From Podospora anserina (lineage: Eukaryota): 64,000 nt of DNA. The stretch covers positions 3,162,001 through 3,226,000 of the forward strand of contig CM030338.1 of assembly GCA_017654855.1 (NCBI GenBank), given 5' to 3'. A model generated the notes under the pieces. The model was not told the origin of the DNA. It saw nothing but the letters and a program-made list of their open reading frames with translations, and ran no database searches. Below, piece by piece: positions 1-11,293 of the stretch (the first letter of the stretch is position 1; every line of letters starts with the position of its first letter). A program made the position numbers and the translations under genes.

Positions 1-1
1 T

Positions 2-29
2 GAGAGAGAGAGAGAGAGAGAGAGAGAGA
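2..29. repeat. (GA)n microsatellite
   Basis: 14 perfect GA units at the window start. Confidence 0.95.
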
Positions 30-458
30 CGGTAACTCGTCCCGATGATTATATTCTCTGGCGGTGACCCAACATCTTGTTTTGTTTTGATTGTTCCTGT
101 CTGGTGTCTTGGTGTTGCCATATTTGTGTCTTGATGTCGGTCCAAAACCAGACAACCATCTGACATTATTCTTACAAACGGTAAAGTTAAGTAAAGTAAG
201 TTAGTTCTCTCTTTCAACAACTCGTAATAAAGACGTGATAATTACTGTGTAATAAACTCCAGATATGCTCCCTCCCTCTCTCTGCAAACAAAGTCCCACC
301 TGTACTGTTGTCCCCTCTAGAAGAGATGATCAATAAGACCCCGATTCACCATACCGAAGAAAAACCAACCCAAGCAATACCAACTGGGTTCCTTTAGCAC
401 AACCACGCCCCTTTTTTTTTTTACCGGTCACCATCAACCTCACCACCATGCCCCCCCC

Positions 459-1224
459 TCAACGGCCCATCTCCCTCCCACCACCCCCCTCCGCCAACTC
501 AAACTTCCTCTTCCTCCCCCCTTCCCCCTCAGTCTCCCCCTCCAGCTCCTCCCCATCAACCCACTCGCTAATCTCATACTCAACCCTTCTAACCCCCCGG
601 GCTCCCCTCTCTTCCCTCACAACCCTCCTCATCTCCCGTCTCCTCAACCTCCCCAATCTACTCCCCTCCACCAACCCCTCAAACCAATCACTCCCCCTCT
701 TCACCTCCAACCCATCATCCCCCGTTTGTCCCTTTCCCTCCTCCTCAGCATCACTATCACCAGGCGACGTACCAGTCAGGTTATCAATCTTGCCCAAATC
801 GCTCTCCCAGAGGGAGTTGACAGTAACTTGTATATACTCCCCCTCCCCCTCAGGACTCGAAGTGTGATACGACAGCGGCGTCCCGCAGTATCCGCAAAAC
901 GTATGCAGAGTATTCGGTGCGTTGGGGGGTGTATAAGACCGGTGAATCAACGAGTGGGACTCGTCTGGGAGGACGGGGAGGGTGAGGGAGCGGTAGGACG
1001 AGAGGGGGACGCGGAGGAGGGGGGTGAGGGGGTGGCCTGAGAGGGGGTGGTTAGCTTGGGATGTAAAGGGGAGATGTTGGGGAGGGGAGGCCGGGGTGCG
1101 TACGTTGATTAAACAGCAGACGAGCAGCTTGACTACCCGTCGAAGAAGACGGTGTTTCTTGTTTGGGGAATTGCACAATGTAGATATTCCGACCGCATTG
1201 GCAGCCACCGTGGAGGAGGGACAT
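459..1224 (-). CDS. GFA/Mss4/CENP-V-like Zn-binding protein, 2 exons (intron 1037..1103)
   Basis: ATG at 1224 gives MSLLHGGCQCGRNIY. A 67-nt GTACGC..GCTAAC..CAG intron joins it in frame to ORF 459..1208, which contains HTFCGYCGTPLSY. GGCxCG and FCxxCGTPL are GFA-family Cys motifs. Acidic/basic tail with RKRK. Confidence 0.75.
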
Positions 1225-2167
1225 TTTCACTGGGCTGGAGGCGGAGGGGGGGGTTGGTTATTGGGAGAGAGAGAGAGAGAGAGAAAAAGGTTTTGTTGAC
1301 AAGGTGATCGAAGTTATCACAGCCACCGAATCGAGGCTTCAAAGCTGGTGGTGGTGGTGTTGAAGTTGTGAGCGGGGTGGTGGTGTTTAGCTTTCCCAAA
1401 GTCGATAGCAACAAAGCGACAGTTTGTCAAGTCAGTCAAATAGTGCGTGCGCAGCGCGGGGTTGGGAAGCAAGAAAGTCTAAAATGCCCTTATTGACAAG
1501 AAAATGTGCACACACACACACACACCTGCCGCTTGACATCAGATGGGAGTGATGTTATAACCTAGCAAGCAGGAGCCAGAGCAAACGAGCCGAGAGGTGC
1601 TTGCAAGTGACAGACAGGATCGAGAGGTTTCTAGAAGGTGTCGACACCTACCCAACCTACTTGACTTATATCCCGGAACCGGATTTGCAGACAGTTTCCA
1701 TATAGGTTTTATGGTGCTACCTGGAATATGCCTATCTAATTACCGCGAGACGGGAGGGGCGCTCTTTGTTGCTTGTGTTCGTTCCCGGTGGTCTAGGTAG
1801 GAGAAGAGAATGGGCACACAATGAAAGTGTAACGTATCGGACTAGTCTGCAATGCTGGCTAGGCATGGTAGCCTGCTGCATGAGCGTTTGTGGCATTGCT
1901 GCAGGCTGCTCGGAGAATACTGGGTGTAGGTAGATGTCAGCCCAGTAGGGTTACGTCTGTGGTCTCCCGATGCCGTCGAGTGGTTTGACAGCCAAGATGT
2001 TCAAGGAAATTTGGTGAGATTAGGAGAACAATAATATCGAGCGCTGTTCAGCGTTGCCCATGAGTGCTGTATCTTAATTGATTATCATGAACTGCGTGAT
2101 TGCAGCCTCGTTGATGCTAATAACTTCGATTGCCTAAAGCAAAAAAAAAATACAAAAAATGAGAGAT

Positions 2168-2239
2168 TAGCTGCAACTCGTTTCGATCGAGTGACCTCCG
2201 GGTTATGAGCCCGGCGCGCTTCCGCTGCGCCATGCAGCT
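2168..2239 (-). tRNA. initiator tRNA-Met (CAT)
   Basis: 72-nt cloverleaf AGCTGCA..CTCATAA..TGCAGCTA with A1:U72, a G-C-rich anticodon stem and T-loop GATCGAAA (eukaryotic initiator hallmarks); downstream T-runs. Confidence 0.97.
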
Positions 2240-2536
2240 TGTTAATCATTTCTTGATGTTTGCTGTAGACGAAAACTCTGCTTATCATTGTGGATCGATG
2301 GGCGCTACTATTGTGGGTTTTTTTCGTGTCCTCAACTTTTTGAGGACGGCATTGTGGGTTTGTGGATGAATGAAAGGCAAGGATGCGCATGTGGCTCTGG
2401 GCGGGTACATGCGGGTTGCATAAGCCATCCTCACTGTCAGGCTGTGAACAAACAGAAGAATTGGCACTGCAAGTCAGTAAAATGTGCAATCTTTGTCAAC
2501 TTGTAGCTTTTTAAAAACAAAATGGTGTTGAAAGAT

Positions 2537-2617
2537 TGTCAAGAGGCCTTAAAAGATAGTCAATATGGCTTCAAAAAATAGTCAAGAGGCCTTCAAAATA
2601 GTCAAGAGGCCTATTCA
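2537..2617. repeat. degenerate ~21-bp tandem repeat (4 units, TAGTCAAGAGGCCTTCAAAA-like)
   Basis: GTCAAGAGGCCT occurs three times plus one diverged unit. Confidence 0.75.
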
Positions 2618-3172
2618 CTTTCTATCAAGGCATGGTTCAGAATATGATGTACATTGGCTTACTACTTGTACAACACCAATTATTCTGTCCACTGCAGGGG
2701 AGCAAGGCAAAAATACCAGTAACACATCAATGATGAGAAGGGCAATAGGGGTTATGAATCATAGCATTAACTCCCCTCCTCTATACATCCACTCAAATAT
2801 CCTAGCAGCCTCTGCCTCTCCTATCCTATCACCTCAACATCACCACCGCCTCCCTCTGTCAGTGATCAAACAGAAAAAAGAACAAACGCCTAGGTTCATG
2901 GTCCCGTGGTATATTAGAGCAGAATCTCATCAACAACTTCCCCATCATCTTACAACCCCCCTCCACCCAACTAACAACAAACAAATAACTAAACACCAAA
3001 AAACAAAAAGGGGTATGTAACAGTGATAAAACTTATGTGCAAAGATGAAAAAAAAACAACAACAAAAAAAAACAAAAAAACTCATCAGTCATACGCGTAC
3101 AAGATATGTCAAGACCGATAACAGTGGTTTGTGCAAAAGAAAAAAGAAAAAAAAACCCAACGAAGAAAAACC

Positions 3173-4860
3173 CTAAGCAGTCAAAGCAGGAGGAGGAACC
3201 GTCAAGTCTGGTACTTGCGGTTGCCCATCACCCTCACCACCCGAGGCCCCAGACATGGTAGGCGACGCCGGGGCGATTTCTGGATCGGGGATTTGAATAT
3301 CAAGCTATCCCGCAAAGTTAGCCATCTGCCACCCCATCCAACTCCCAAGAAGAAACAAGAACTCACACTCATGTACCCCGTCCTCCTCAAAGGCACAATC
3401 TTGGGCGGGATCACATTCCCCCCCTCATCCCCAGGGTGATCCGCCCTCACCGTCTTCTCCATCTCCTTATTCCACTCTTCAATCCACTTCTCCAACCCCT
3501 TCAGCCTGCTCTTCACCCCCGTAAGTCCAAAGTCATCCCACAACCACCCCGTCGCCAAACCGAGTACACCGTCCAAAATGTTCCTCCAGTTGTACGCGCT
3601 AAAGGCCGGCACGAGCTCGCTGTTGAGTTTTTCTATTACTCTCCTAAATTCCTGCTCGCTTACTCCTGCTGGGTCCAAGATGTCCGGGTAGAGGTTGGAG
3701 AACGTCGGGGCGAGGTCACCTTCCAACAGCCAGTCCCTACGGATGCGGATTATACGTGTGGTGGTGTATTCTGGCGAGTCTATCGGCACGTGAGGGTTCA
3801 GATGTGGGTAGCAGGGATGTTGGGGGCCCCATTCCTCGCCATTGTCAGGTTGCTCATCTGGGTCGCCCATGATGGAGGAGTCAGATGACATTTCGGAGCC
3901 GATGCCTGACATGCGGGAGGCCATGGACAGACGCGGGTTGGCCACGTCCGGCCCACGTTCCAGGTCGCGGGAGTAACGATCTCCTGCGCCGACATTGTTG
4001 TCCGGCTGGGACGGTAATGGTGGTGGCGCCATGACTTCTTTGCCTTTCCCTTTTCCTTTGCTGTCTCCCCTCTGGTGTTTCGCTGTCGATTGATCAAAAC
4101 TGAGACCGAATGGTACTCGAAGACGTGACGAGATGCTCTGGCTGTGGCTTCTGGTTTTTCGGAATTCGGACACGGAGAAGAGGTGCTGGGATGGGGGCTG
4201 TTGCCGCAAAAAGGATGGCCCTGGATAGCAAGCCTCGACCGGCGAGGGTGAAGGTGTGGCGCGAACCGATGGCGGAAGGCTGATGCGCTGCTCGGCGCCG
4301 GCGTTGCGTTCGAGGTGAAGACTGATTCGGTTTGAGATGGATTGACGCGGTCGCTGTTCGGGACTCTGTAAAAGTGGGTGCTCACCAGCGGCGGCCCTGC
4401 TGGGCTCCTCGGCAGTGGCAGGGGTAACTGTCAGCGGGACGGGCGGAGGAGGAGGTGAAGACGGAGCACGGCGTCTGCGAGCAGTGCCGTCGGAAGAGGT
4501 TGGTGTTCTCGGGGTCGAGTTGGTGGGGTTCCACAGACGGGCGGGCGAGGTTCGTTGGAGTGGTCGGTGGAAAGGGGTACCGCGGGTCCGGAATGGGGAC
4601 TGATCAGGGAAGGATGATTCCTGGGCGCTGGGTCGGCCCCGCCGTAACAAACTGCTTTTTCTGCGCAACGGCCGGCCGGGCGCTACTGGTTCGAATGGCG
4701 GAGCGGCGGGCGCGGGATAATCGAAGGGGTAAGGGGGCTGCTTGGTCGGCGGAGACGACAGACTCGTGTTTGTGTGCTGGGTCGGTTGGGCGGCGGTTGA
4801 CGCATCTAGGGCGGTATCTTGCTTGTGGGGGGGCGCGTGGGAAGCCGTCGGAAAGATGTT
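3173..4860 (-). CDS. ERF4: Ras palmitoyltransferase accessory subunit Erf4 (golgin A7 family); start uncertain (first AUG at 4032, frame open to 4860); intron 3305..3366
   Basis: EEWGPQHPCYPHLNPHVP..TTRIIRIRRDW..GDLAPTFSNLYP..IVPLRRTGYMS|LDIQIPDP matches filamentous-fungal Erf4. A GTGAGT..GCTAAC..TAG intron restores LDIQIPDP; stop TAG at 3173-3175. Confidence 0.85.
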
Positions 4861-5733
4861 CTAGGGATGGCCGTCTCGGGGACGGCCTCCTCTAGGTACA
4901 GAATGTGTAAGTGTCTGGAGACGGTGGGCAGGCGCAATCTTCGGCTGGTGCAATCTTCGGCTGGTGCAATCACAATCAGCTCATCAAAATTACTAGCAGT
5001 TAGTATCCTCCCTGCTAGTAAATCTTGTATCGCGCCTGTGGATTGCCGACTGCCAATCTTGTCGGAGTCGTGGCCCAGGGGGATAAACGATTGACAGTGG
5101 TTGGCGGCGTGGGATGCGGACTTGATGGAATACTCTCTAGAAATGAAAACGATTGGACTACGGGATAAATTGGAAATCGCTGTGATGGCCGACACAGCGT
5201 GACGCCGACCTTTGATTTGCGACGACGTGTTGGAGTGCCGCGGCTTTTTACACGTGCCACCCGGCGGCAGCTGGCGGCTGTGTCTATCTTGGCAGCACGA
5301 TCTTCATCAACACAACTTCACAGGATGGTCATCTTCGGGGGGTTAACTGATGAGTTTCATAGCTATAGCTTCGAGGCCAGAGACTTTTGAATTCATTGAG
5401 CCTCATTCACTTGCTAGGTAGACACTGCCTGATTTGTGTGTGTTCCACGTAGGTGGATCAGTCGTGTAATCGACATTCTTTGTCCGTTGTCTTTTTACGT
5501 AGAGGAAGAGTTCTTCTGCATCATTCTTTTTCATTTCGATTCTAGCACTTCAAGTCCGGGTTGATTGTTACATCTGAGACTCTATCGCGGAGTTGGTCGA
5601 GTCGAGTCGAGAGAAAACGTCAACTTCAAATTTGCCTGGAGAGCCAAACAGAAGAAACGTGAGCCATGCATGGCCTGGCTATAAGCCGGTCGACAATGCT
5701 CATAAAAAGTGATCCTAAAAAGGGTCTTGGAGC

Positions 5734-5877
5734 AAAAACAGAAAAAGAGTTCAGCCCTTGAAAGTGGAATCGAACCCGTCGGTTGATGACAGTCAGAACA
5801 CCTACGTATCTCTTTTCGGAGTGATCTGGTTTCGTGGGTAAACAGAGCGTACCATAATACCACTTGACCAAACCACC
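5734..5877 (-). ncRNA. tRNA-like Pol III unit or pseudo-tRNA
   Basis: A box TGGTCAAGTGG at tRNA position 8, perfect B box GGTTCGATTCC (5766-5776), upstream TATAA-like element near 5903-5907, downstream T5 runs; acceptor and T stems do not pair canonically. Confidence 0.55.
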
Positions 5878-6273
5878 CTCCGAGGCATTACCGCCCCGTG
5901 TTATATCTCTGCAAAATCCTAAACTATATCCCCCACGAGCCGTTCGACTGGCCGCTCCATTCCCATACTTGCTCACCGAGCAACAATTCTTCAACTTTGC
6001 AAGGGTATTTCTTTCCAAAACCTGCCCGCCTCTTTAATGTGCCCATTCCCACGTCCATGATGCTTTAAAATACAATGCGCGCCTACCAAGTGCAAGCAGA
6101 CAACCTGGAAGGAAGGTACATATCCAAAACTGCAACTAGGGTATCACCACAGAAATTCATTAGTGGGAACGTAACAGATCCCCCGCTGAAGATGTGGGGA
6201 AGGCGCCGGGAGGCCGGCACCTAACGCGGGACCCCGCAAAGCTTATTCGGGTGGGGAAAGAACGGGCAGGTCA

Positions 6274-8088
6274 ATGCCGTCACCCACCTCTCTCCAATTC
6301 TCTCGAAACTCAACTGTTGGTTCTTGTTCTGTTTATTCCTGTCACCATTATGACTTCTCCAACCGCTTTTTGAAAAAGATTTATTTTCTTGTTGTTGTTC
6401 CGTTCTGCTACATGCGTCTTGCCAGTATAATACCACCCATCGCTACGTCACGCCCTCCAGCTGAACCGAGACACTGGACATCCCTGCCATCACATCAAGG
6501 GAAATATTTCTTCCATATCCCAGTCATGAATCATCGCCTCAGACTCACGACCTCGTTGGACTCATGCCCTGGTCCAAGTTCCCAGGGCATATCAACGGCC
6601 CTGGAAACCATGCACGAGGAGTCGGAGTCTGTCCACTCCGGGCCCCGGTCACCAATGTCCGGTGGTACCGCCCCCAGCGCTTTCGAGGACGACCACGGCC
6701 GACGTCGAAGCTCCACTTTCTCAGTGTACAGCTTGAACGAAGCCGGGCGTGGCCTTCACGATGAGATTCTCGATCCAGGGCCGTTTATACACCGAAGCGA
6801 GGTATCATGGGGAGCGACACTTCCCTTAGTATTTGCCCTCCTCCCGGCACTGGTCGGGCTAGTCTTCAAAAACGGCAGCTCGGTTATCACCGACCTCATT
6901 TTGTTGGGGCTGGCGGCCGTGTTTTTGCACTGGTCGGTAACGGTGCCGTGGAAGTGGTATCATGCGTCACAGCAGGTTCGGGAGGAGGAGGGGTCGTTTG
7001 TGGAGAGTGCTTTTCAGGACGACAGCGGGAGCGATGATGCTGTCAGCCCTCGGCAACAGAACCCCGGGCCGGATGAACAACAGCCATCACAGCCAGATCC
7101 CCAGACCCGCAAGATGGACCGCCGCGCCAAAACCGCCAGCCAAGCCCTCACGCTGCTCGGTCTTCTGGAATGTGCCGCCTTGTTGGCTTGCTTTGTCGCC
7201 CCCGGGTTGGCGGCCTGGATGCTCCACCACGGCCGGAACCTTTTGTCGCGAGGCTCGGAGGGGTTGGTGTCAAACTTTAACCTTGTCATCTTTTTTATTG
7301 CGGCGGAGATATCGCCCGTGTCACACTTTATGAAGCTTATCCAGGCCCAGACGCTCCACCTCCAGAGACTGGTCCACAGCAACTCCAACCCCTACCGGCA
7401 GGAAAAAGTCACGATGAATCAATGGAGGGAGTTGATTGCGAGGTTGGATGAACTCGAAACACGGGGACTGACCAATGCTCCGTCACCAGTGGAGGCAGAC
7501 ACGAGGCGGGTGCATGCCAGTCTTGTCAGGGAGGTGAGGAATCAGATACAGCCTGATATTGATGCGTTGAATAGAGCGGTTAGGAGGTATGAGAAGAAGG
7601 CTAGGGTCCTGGCGGTGCACACGGAGGGGAGGTTGAGGGATCTGAGGCAGAGGGTGGATGATGCTATTAGCTTGAGTGCTGTTGTTGCGGGGAGGGGGCG
7701 GAAGGGGACGGAGTGGGATTTGGTGGGGTGGTGTTTGGGGGGGGCGGTTTGGGTTTTGATGTTGCCTGTCAGGGAGGTGATTAGGGGGTTGGCAAAGGTG
7801 TTGGCGGGTGTGGGGTGGTTGATGGGGATTAAGGAGGAGGGGGGGGATGAAGCCATGAGGGGGAAGAAGAAGGGGGAGATGGATGGATCAGAGGTAAAAG
7901 GGAAAGGGGTGGAGAGGGAGACGAGGAGGAGCGGGAGGGCAAGTGGGAGTGGTGCTAGTGGGGGGAATGGCGAGATGGATGGATCAGTGGTAAAAGGGAA
8001 AGGGGTGGAGAAGTGGATGAGTGGTGGTAGGAGTGGAAGCGGGAGTGGTGCCAGTGGGGGGAAGGGGTATCTTGGACGGAGGATGTGA
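6274..8088 (+). CDS. uncharacterised fungal multi-pass membrane protein with coiled-coil region (true start may be Met at 6526 or 6610)
   Basis: 604-aa ORF with several hydrophobic segments (LPLVFALLPALVGLVF, LILLGLAAVFLHWSV, LLACFVAPGLAAW) and a helical region (DIDALNRAVRRYEKK). Confidence 0.8.
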   Translation: MPSPTSLQFSRNSTVGSCSVYSCHHYDFSNRFLKKIYFLVVVPFCYMRLASIIPPIATSRPPAEPRHWTSLPSHQGKYFFHIPVMNHRLRLTTSLDSCPGPSSQGISTALETMHEESESVHSGPRSPMSGGTAPSAFEDDHGRRRSSTFSVYSLNEAGRGLHDEILDPGPFIHRSEVSWGATLPLVFALLPALVGLVFKNGSSVITDLILLGLAAVFLHWSVTVPWKWYHASQQVREEEGSFVESAFQDDSGSDDAVSPRQQNPGPDEQQPSQPDPQTRKMDRRAKTASQALTLLGLLECAALLACFVAPGLAAWMLHHGRNLLSRGSEGLVSNFNLVIFFIAAEISPVSHFMKLIQAQTLHLQRLVHSNSNPYRQEKVTMNQWRELIARLDELETRGLTNAPSPVEADTRRVHASLVREVRNQIQPDIDALNRAVRRYEKKARVLAVHTEGRLRDLRQRVDDAISLSAVVAGRGRKGTEWDLVGWCLGGAVWVLMLPVREVIRGLAKVLAGVGWLMGIKEEGGDEAMRGKKKGEMDGSEVKGKGVERETRRSGRASGSGASGGNGEMDGSVVKGKGVEKWMSGGRSGSGSGASGGKGYLGRRM

Positions 8089-11000
8089 TTGGGGTGGGGT
8101 GGGGATATGTAGGTTAATGTATGAATGAGGCAAGAGTGTTTTTTCTTTCTAGCGGATGGGGGTTGGTTTGGAATGGGTTATGTGGATAATGAAAGCAGGG
8201 AGGTGGCTTTTGGCTATAGCGTTAGCTACTCGATAGCAATGGCTCTTTATGAACTTTATTTACTATGACTTCACACCGACGTCTTTTATTGCAAGGGAAT
8301 ATGTGTGTTTGTAAAGTCTTGACGATGTTGTGGTTGGGGCGAAGATGGTAGGCTGTGGTGTGGGTTGTAAGCGGTGAAGCTAAGGAAGAAGGTGATGTTC
8401 TTTGATTGAGTGTTGGGTACATCTGGGGGGTGTTACACTGTGGGAGGGACTGGACTTTTGGATGATGTAAAGGATAGGAAAGAGCTTTTTGAGACACGGA
8501 GGTCGAAAGCGGGTCGGTGGAGTTATTTCTACTATTCTGGTGCGAAGATCTACCTTGGAGTATAGTGTTTGTACTTGATGTAGATATTAAAACGTTGCTG
8601 CAGGCGTTGAATGGGTGGGATAGCATAAAAATGTGAACACCATCTCTTTTTGATCCTTTTCTTTTCTTTTCCGTTTTTTCTTTCTCTTGGGGGGGTTCCA
8701 ATTTGCAGAGATACTTGTACAAGCCGAAGATGTTGCTTGCCAGGGATATTGAGCGTTGATGCCATTTTGGGCCCCAGATGTTGAACCATAGGAGGTTGTC
8801 AGTTGTCAACGAGTTACCAAGGACTAACTAGCTTCCTGGATAGTTGGGCCTGGTGCAGATAGTATTTTGTTCATGGTCTAGTAGTCTTACTCGTTGCCGG
8901 GCTCACGCTGACAGTTTTGGTCTTGCCCGTCTGCGAGCCGGTAAATGGTCCAGATTCAGAAGGCAAGGATATCCTGGCAGGGTTGGGTAAGTCCAGCTCT
9001 TTTCGGCTGCAGTTATCAGATCAAAAAGTGAACATGTTCGTATCTGTATGTTTCCACTGTCTGTCTCATATTGCTTACAGTTGTGACGGTTGTCATTGTC
9101 AACGTCTTGGAAGAGGCGCCGAGACGGGCAGTTGAGGCGTCCGGAGGTGGACTGTCCTTCCTCATCGAGTCTTCAAACAAACACAAGCCCAAGAAAGGCG
9201 TGCATAAATGCATTGGTGCCAAATGTGGAAGGCATGATAGTTTAACAGTGGTCAGCTTCAGGTTCGGCCCATGGCAGCCTCGATGAGGGACGTGCACTTG
9301 TGGGGTGACATTCGCCCCTGCAAAGCCACTCCACTTGTTCTTTTCTAGCTCCAGCTTGGCGGGAGTATGGCGCTAGCTGAAAGTTAGCCTTGCGGGAAGA
9401 GTGGAGAGGCCGGAGCTTTTAACATCGCATTGTGACATCACCACTGCCAATTGAGAACGATAATTTTTCTGCATCAGAAGGAGGTTGGGGAAGGGACTTT
9501 TGGTATATGAAGTGGAAGGAACAAAACAACCCAAGAACAGAAAGAAGTTGACCGCTTGAAGAGGGGCCAATGTACTGACTGATAGTGTGTCCCATTTGCC
9601 AGATCAGGGCAGGTCTTAAGCCACAGCAGGGGAAAATACCAGCTTTTTCTCGTTTTCTCATTCCCCGCTCATGCTGCTGGCTGTCGCGCTGGCAGATCCA
9701 CATCCAATAAACCCGAGATCATCGACGAGCATTGTGCAGCGGAGGACGCAAGTCTTTCTTCTTTTGTCTTTGTTTATCGTGGTTTGTTTCTAGTCTATCT
9801 ATTCATCCGCACGGTACGTGGACCGTATGATGGCCTCTGGATGGTTGGGCGCGTCCAAGTAACATCCCGCGTCTTGGCGTCGCAAACTGCTAATCAATGG
9901 AAATCAGGTACCGGCTATCTGTGGGGGAGCAACTACAACTTCCTTCGGTTTTCCGGCAGTCAGTCGGCCGATTGCATCTCGTGCTCTCGACATGTGAGAC
10001 GGGGATAACAAACCAGTCCTCATCAGCCTAGCCAGAAGATGGCAAGTTGAGCCACGTTCGGTAACAACAGCCGCCATCAAATTAGTTCTTCACCATGCCT
10101 CCCGCCGCTCACTGCCGGGCTGATTCCGTACGGCAACCAGCGAAAGGTCGGTAATTTAGCCTGCGTCAACTCTGTCTCATCCGGAGAGACACCAGGTTTT
10201 TTTTGGGGACGAACTGCGTCTAGAGTGGTAGCGTAGACTACACGAGTCCACAAGGTTTCCAGCATGGGGGAGGAAAATGCCCGACGTTGGACTGGATTTC
10301 CACGAATTTGGCTATGTCAAGATTTGGGGTGTCGTTGAAGCGGAGCTCGAGGCATGGGCAACAGCACATCACAGCGAATCACGGCCGCACGATGCGTCTT
10401 GATCTGGGCAATCTTGGATGAAAGCGCCCACTTTTGTCAACCTCAGGTCCGGATACGGCACGCGCCAACCCCTTGGCGGCGTTGCTGAACCCTGTCGGCT
10501 CTGCGGAGGCCGGTCGTTAGCTTGGACGCCTTTGCCGCAGTCACACACCCCATTGAGCACCCCACGTCGAGTCGTCAACCTCGTTGACGTCCCGCTAGTC
10601 TCCTGCTTCGAGTGCTGGCCTCGCTGACCATCCACTCGAACTACAGCTTGCCCAGCACCATGTCGACGATGGACGTCTCCTGGTGTGCCATGGCCGGCCT
10701 CCCAACGGACGCCTTAGGTGCTCGTGCCGGCTCGTCGAGGCTCCTGCTGTTTCCTGGCGTCTCCTGATATCCATCCCGTTAACCGTACCGTGATCTGGAC
10801 GAGCGGCCCCATCTCAGATATTGTTTCTCGTGGACGGGTTATGCCAGTTATTGTCGGCGGATCATGGACCAGTTCATCCTTGGGGCCTGCCTCGAGTGGC
10901 TTGACACTGGCTCCAACCCCCCCCCCCCGCCCGCCGGTAATCCCTGGTTTTTCTCAGCTACCTGTTATATGTTCTCCGCCTTGTCATATCGTTTGATCTG

Positions 11001-11293
11001 CCGCATGTCCCTCGTCTTCTTCCCCTCCTGTCCCAGGCAAGCGTCTAGACTGAGCTTCAGCACCCGGTGTTTGCTGCCGGGCCTCCTTCAGTCTGATCCG
11101 TTCCGTATCACCGCCATCAAGTCCACCCAACGCTGGCAGTATTTGTTGAAAGGCAATCCGGTGTCAAAGAATATCGCTGCTTCTTCACCGTGCTATGAGC
11201 TGGCAAACTGCTCCCGTCGGTTTCCAGTAGGGCCTCCGCGCAACTTAGGATAGCGGTCACGATATCGAGCGTGCAACTCGCAGGCTGGCCAAT

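Noticed and set aside
1946-1953. TAACCCTA on the minus strand, resembling a telomerase RNA template
   Set aside because: Only 8 nt, and the gap between the tRNA and the next gene is too small for the ~2-kb telomerase RNAs of filamentous ascomycetes; no other elements seen
2537-2617. Repeat array as CRISPR
   Set aside because: Eukaryotic context, no unique spacers, no cas genes
8222-9297. Short minus-strand ORFs in the long intergenic region
   Set aside because: No motifs, they run through AT-rich low-complexity tracts, and no consistent splice model emerged
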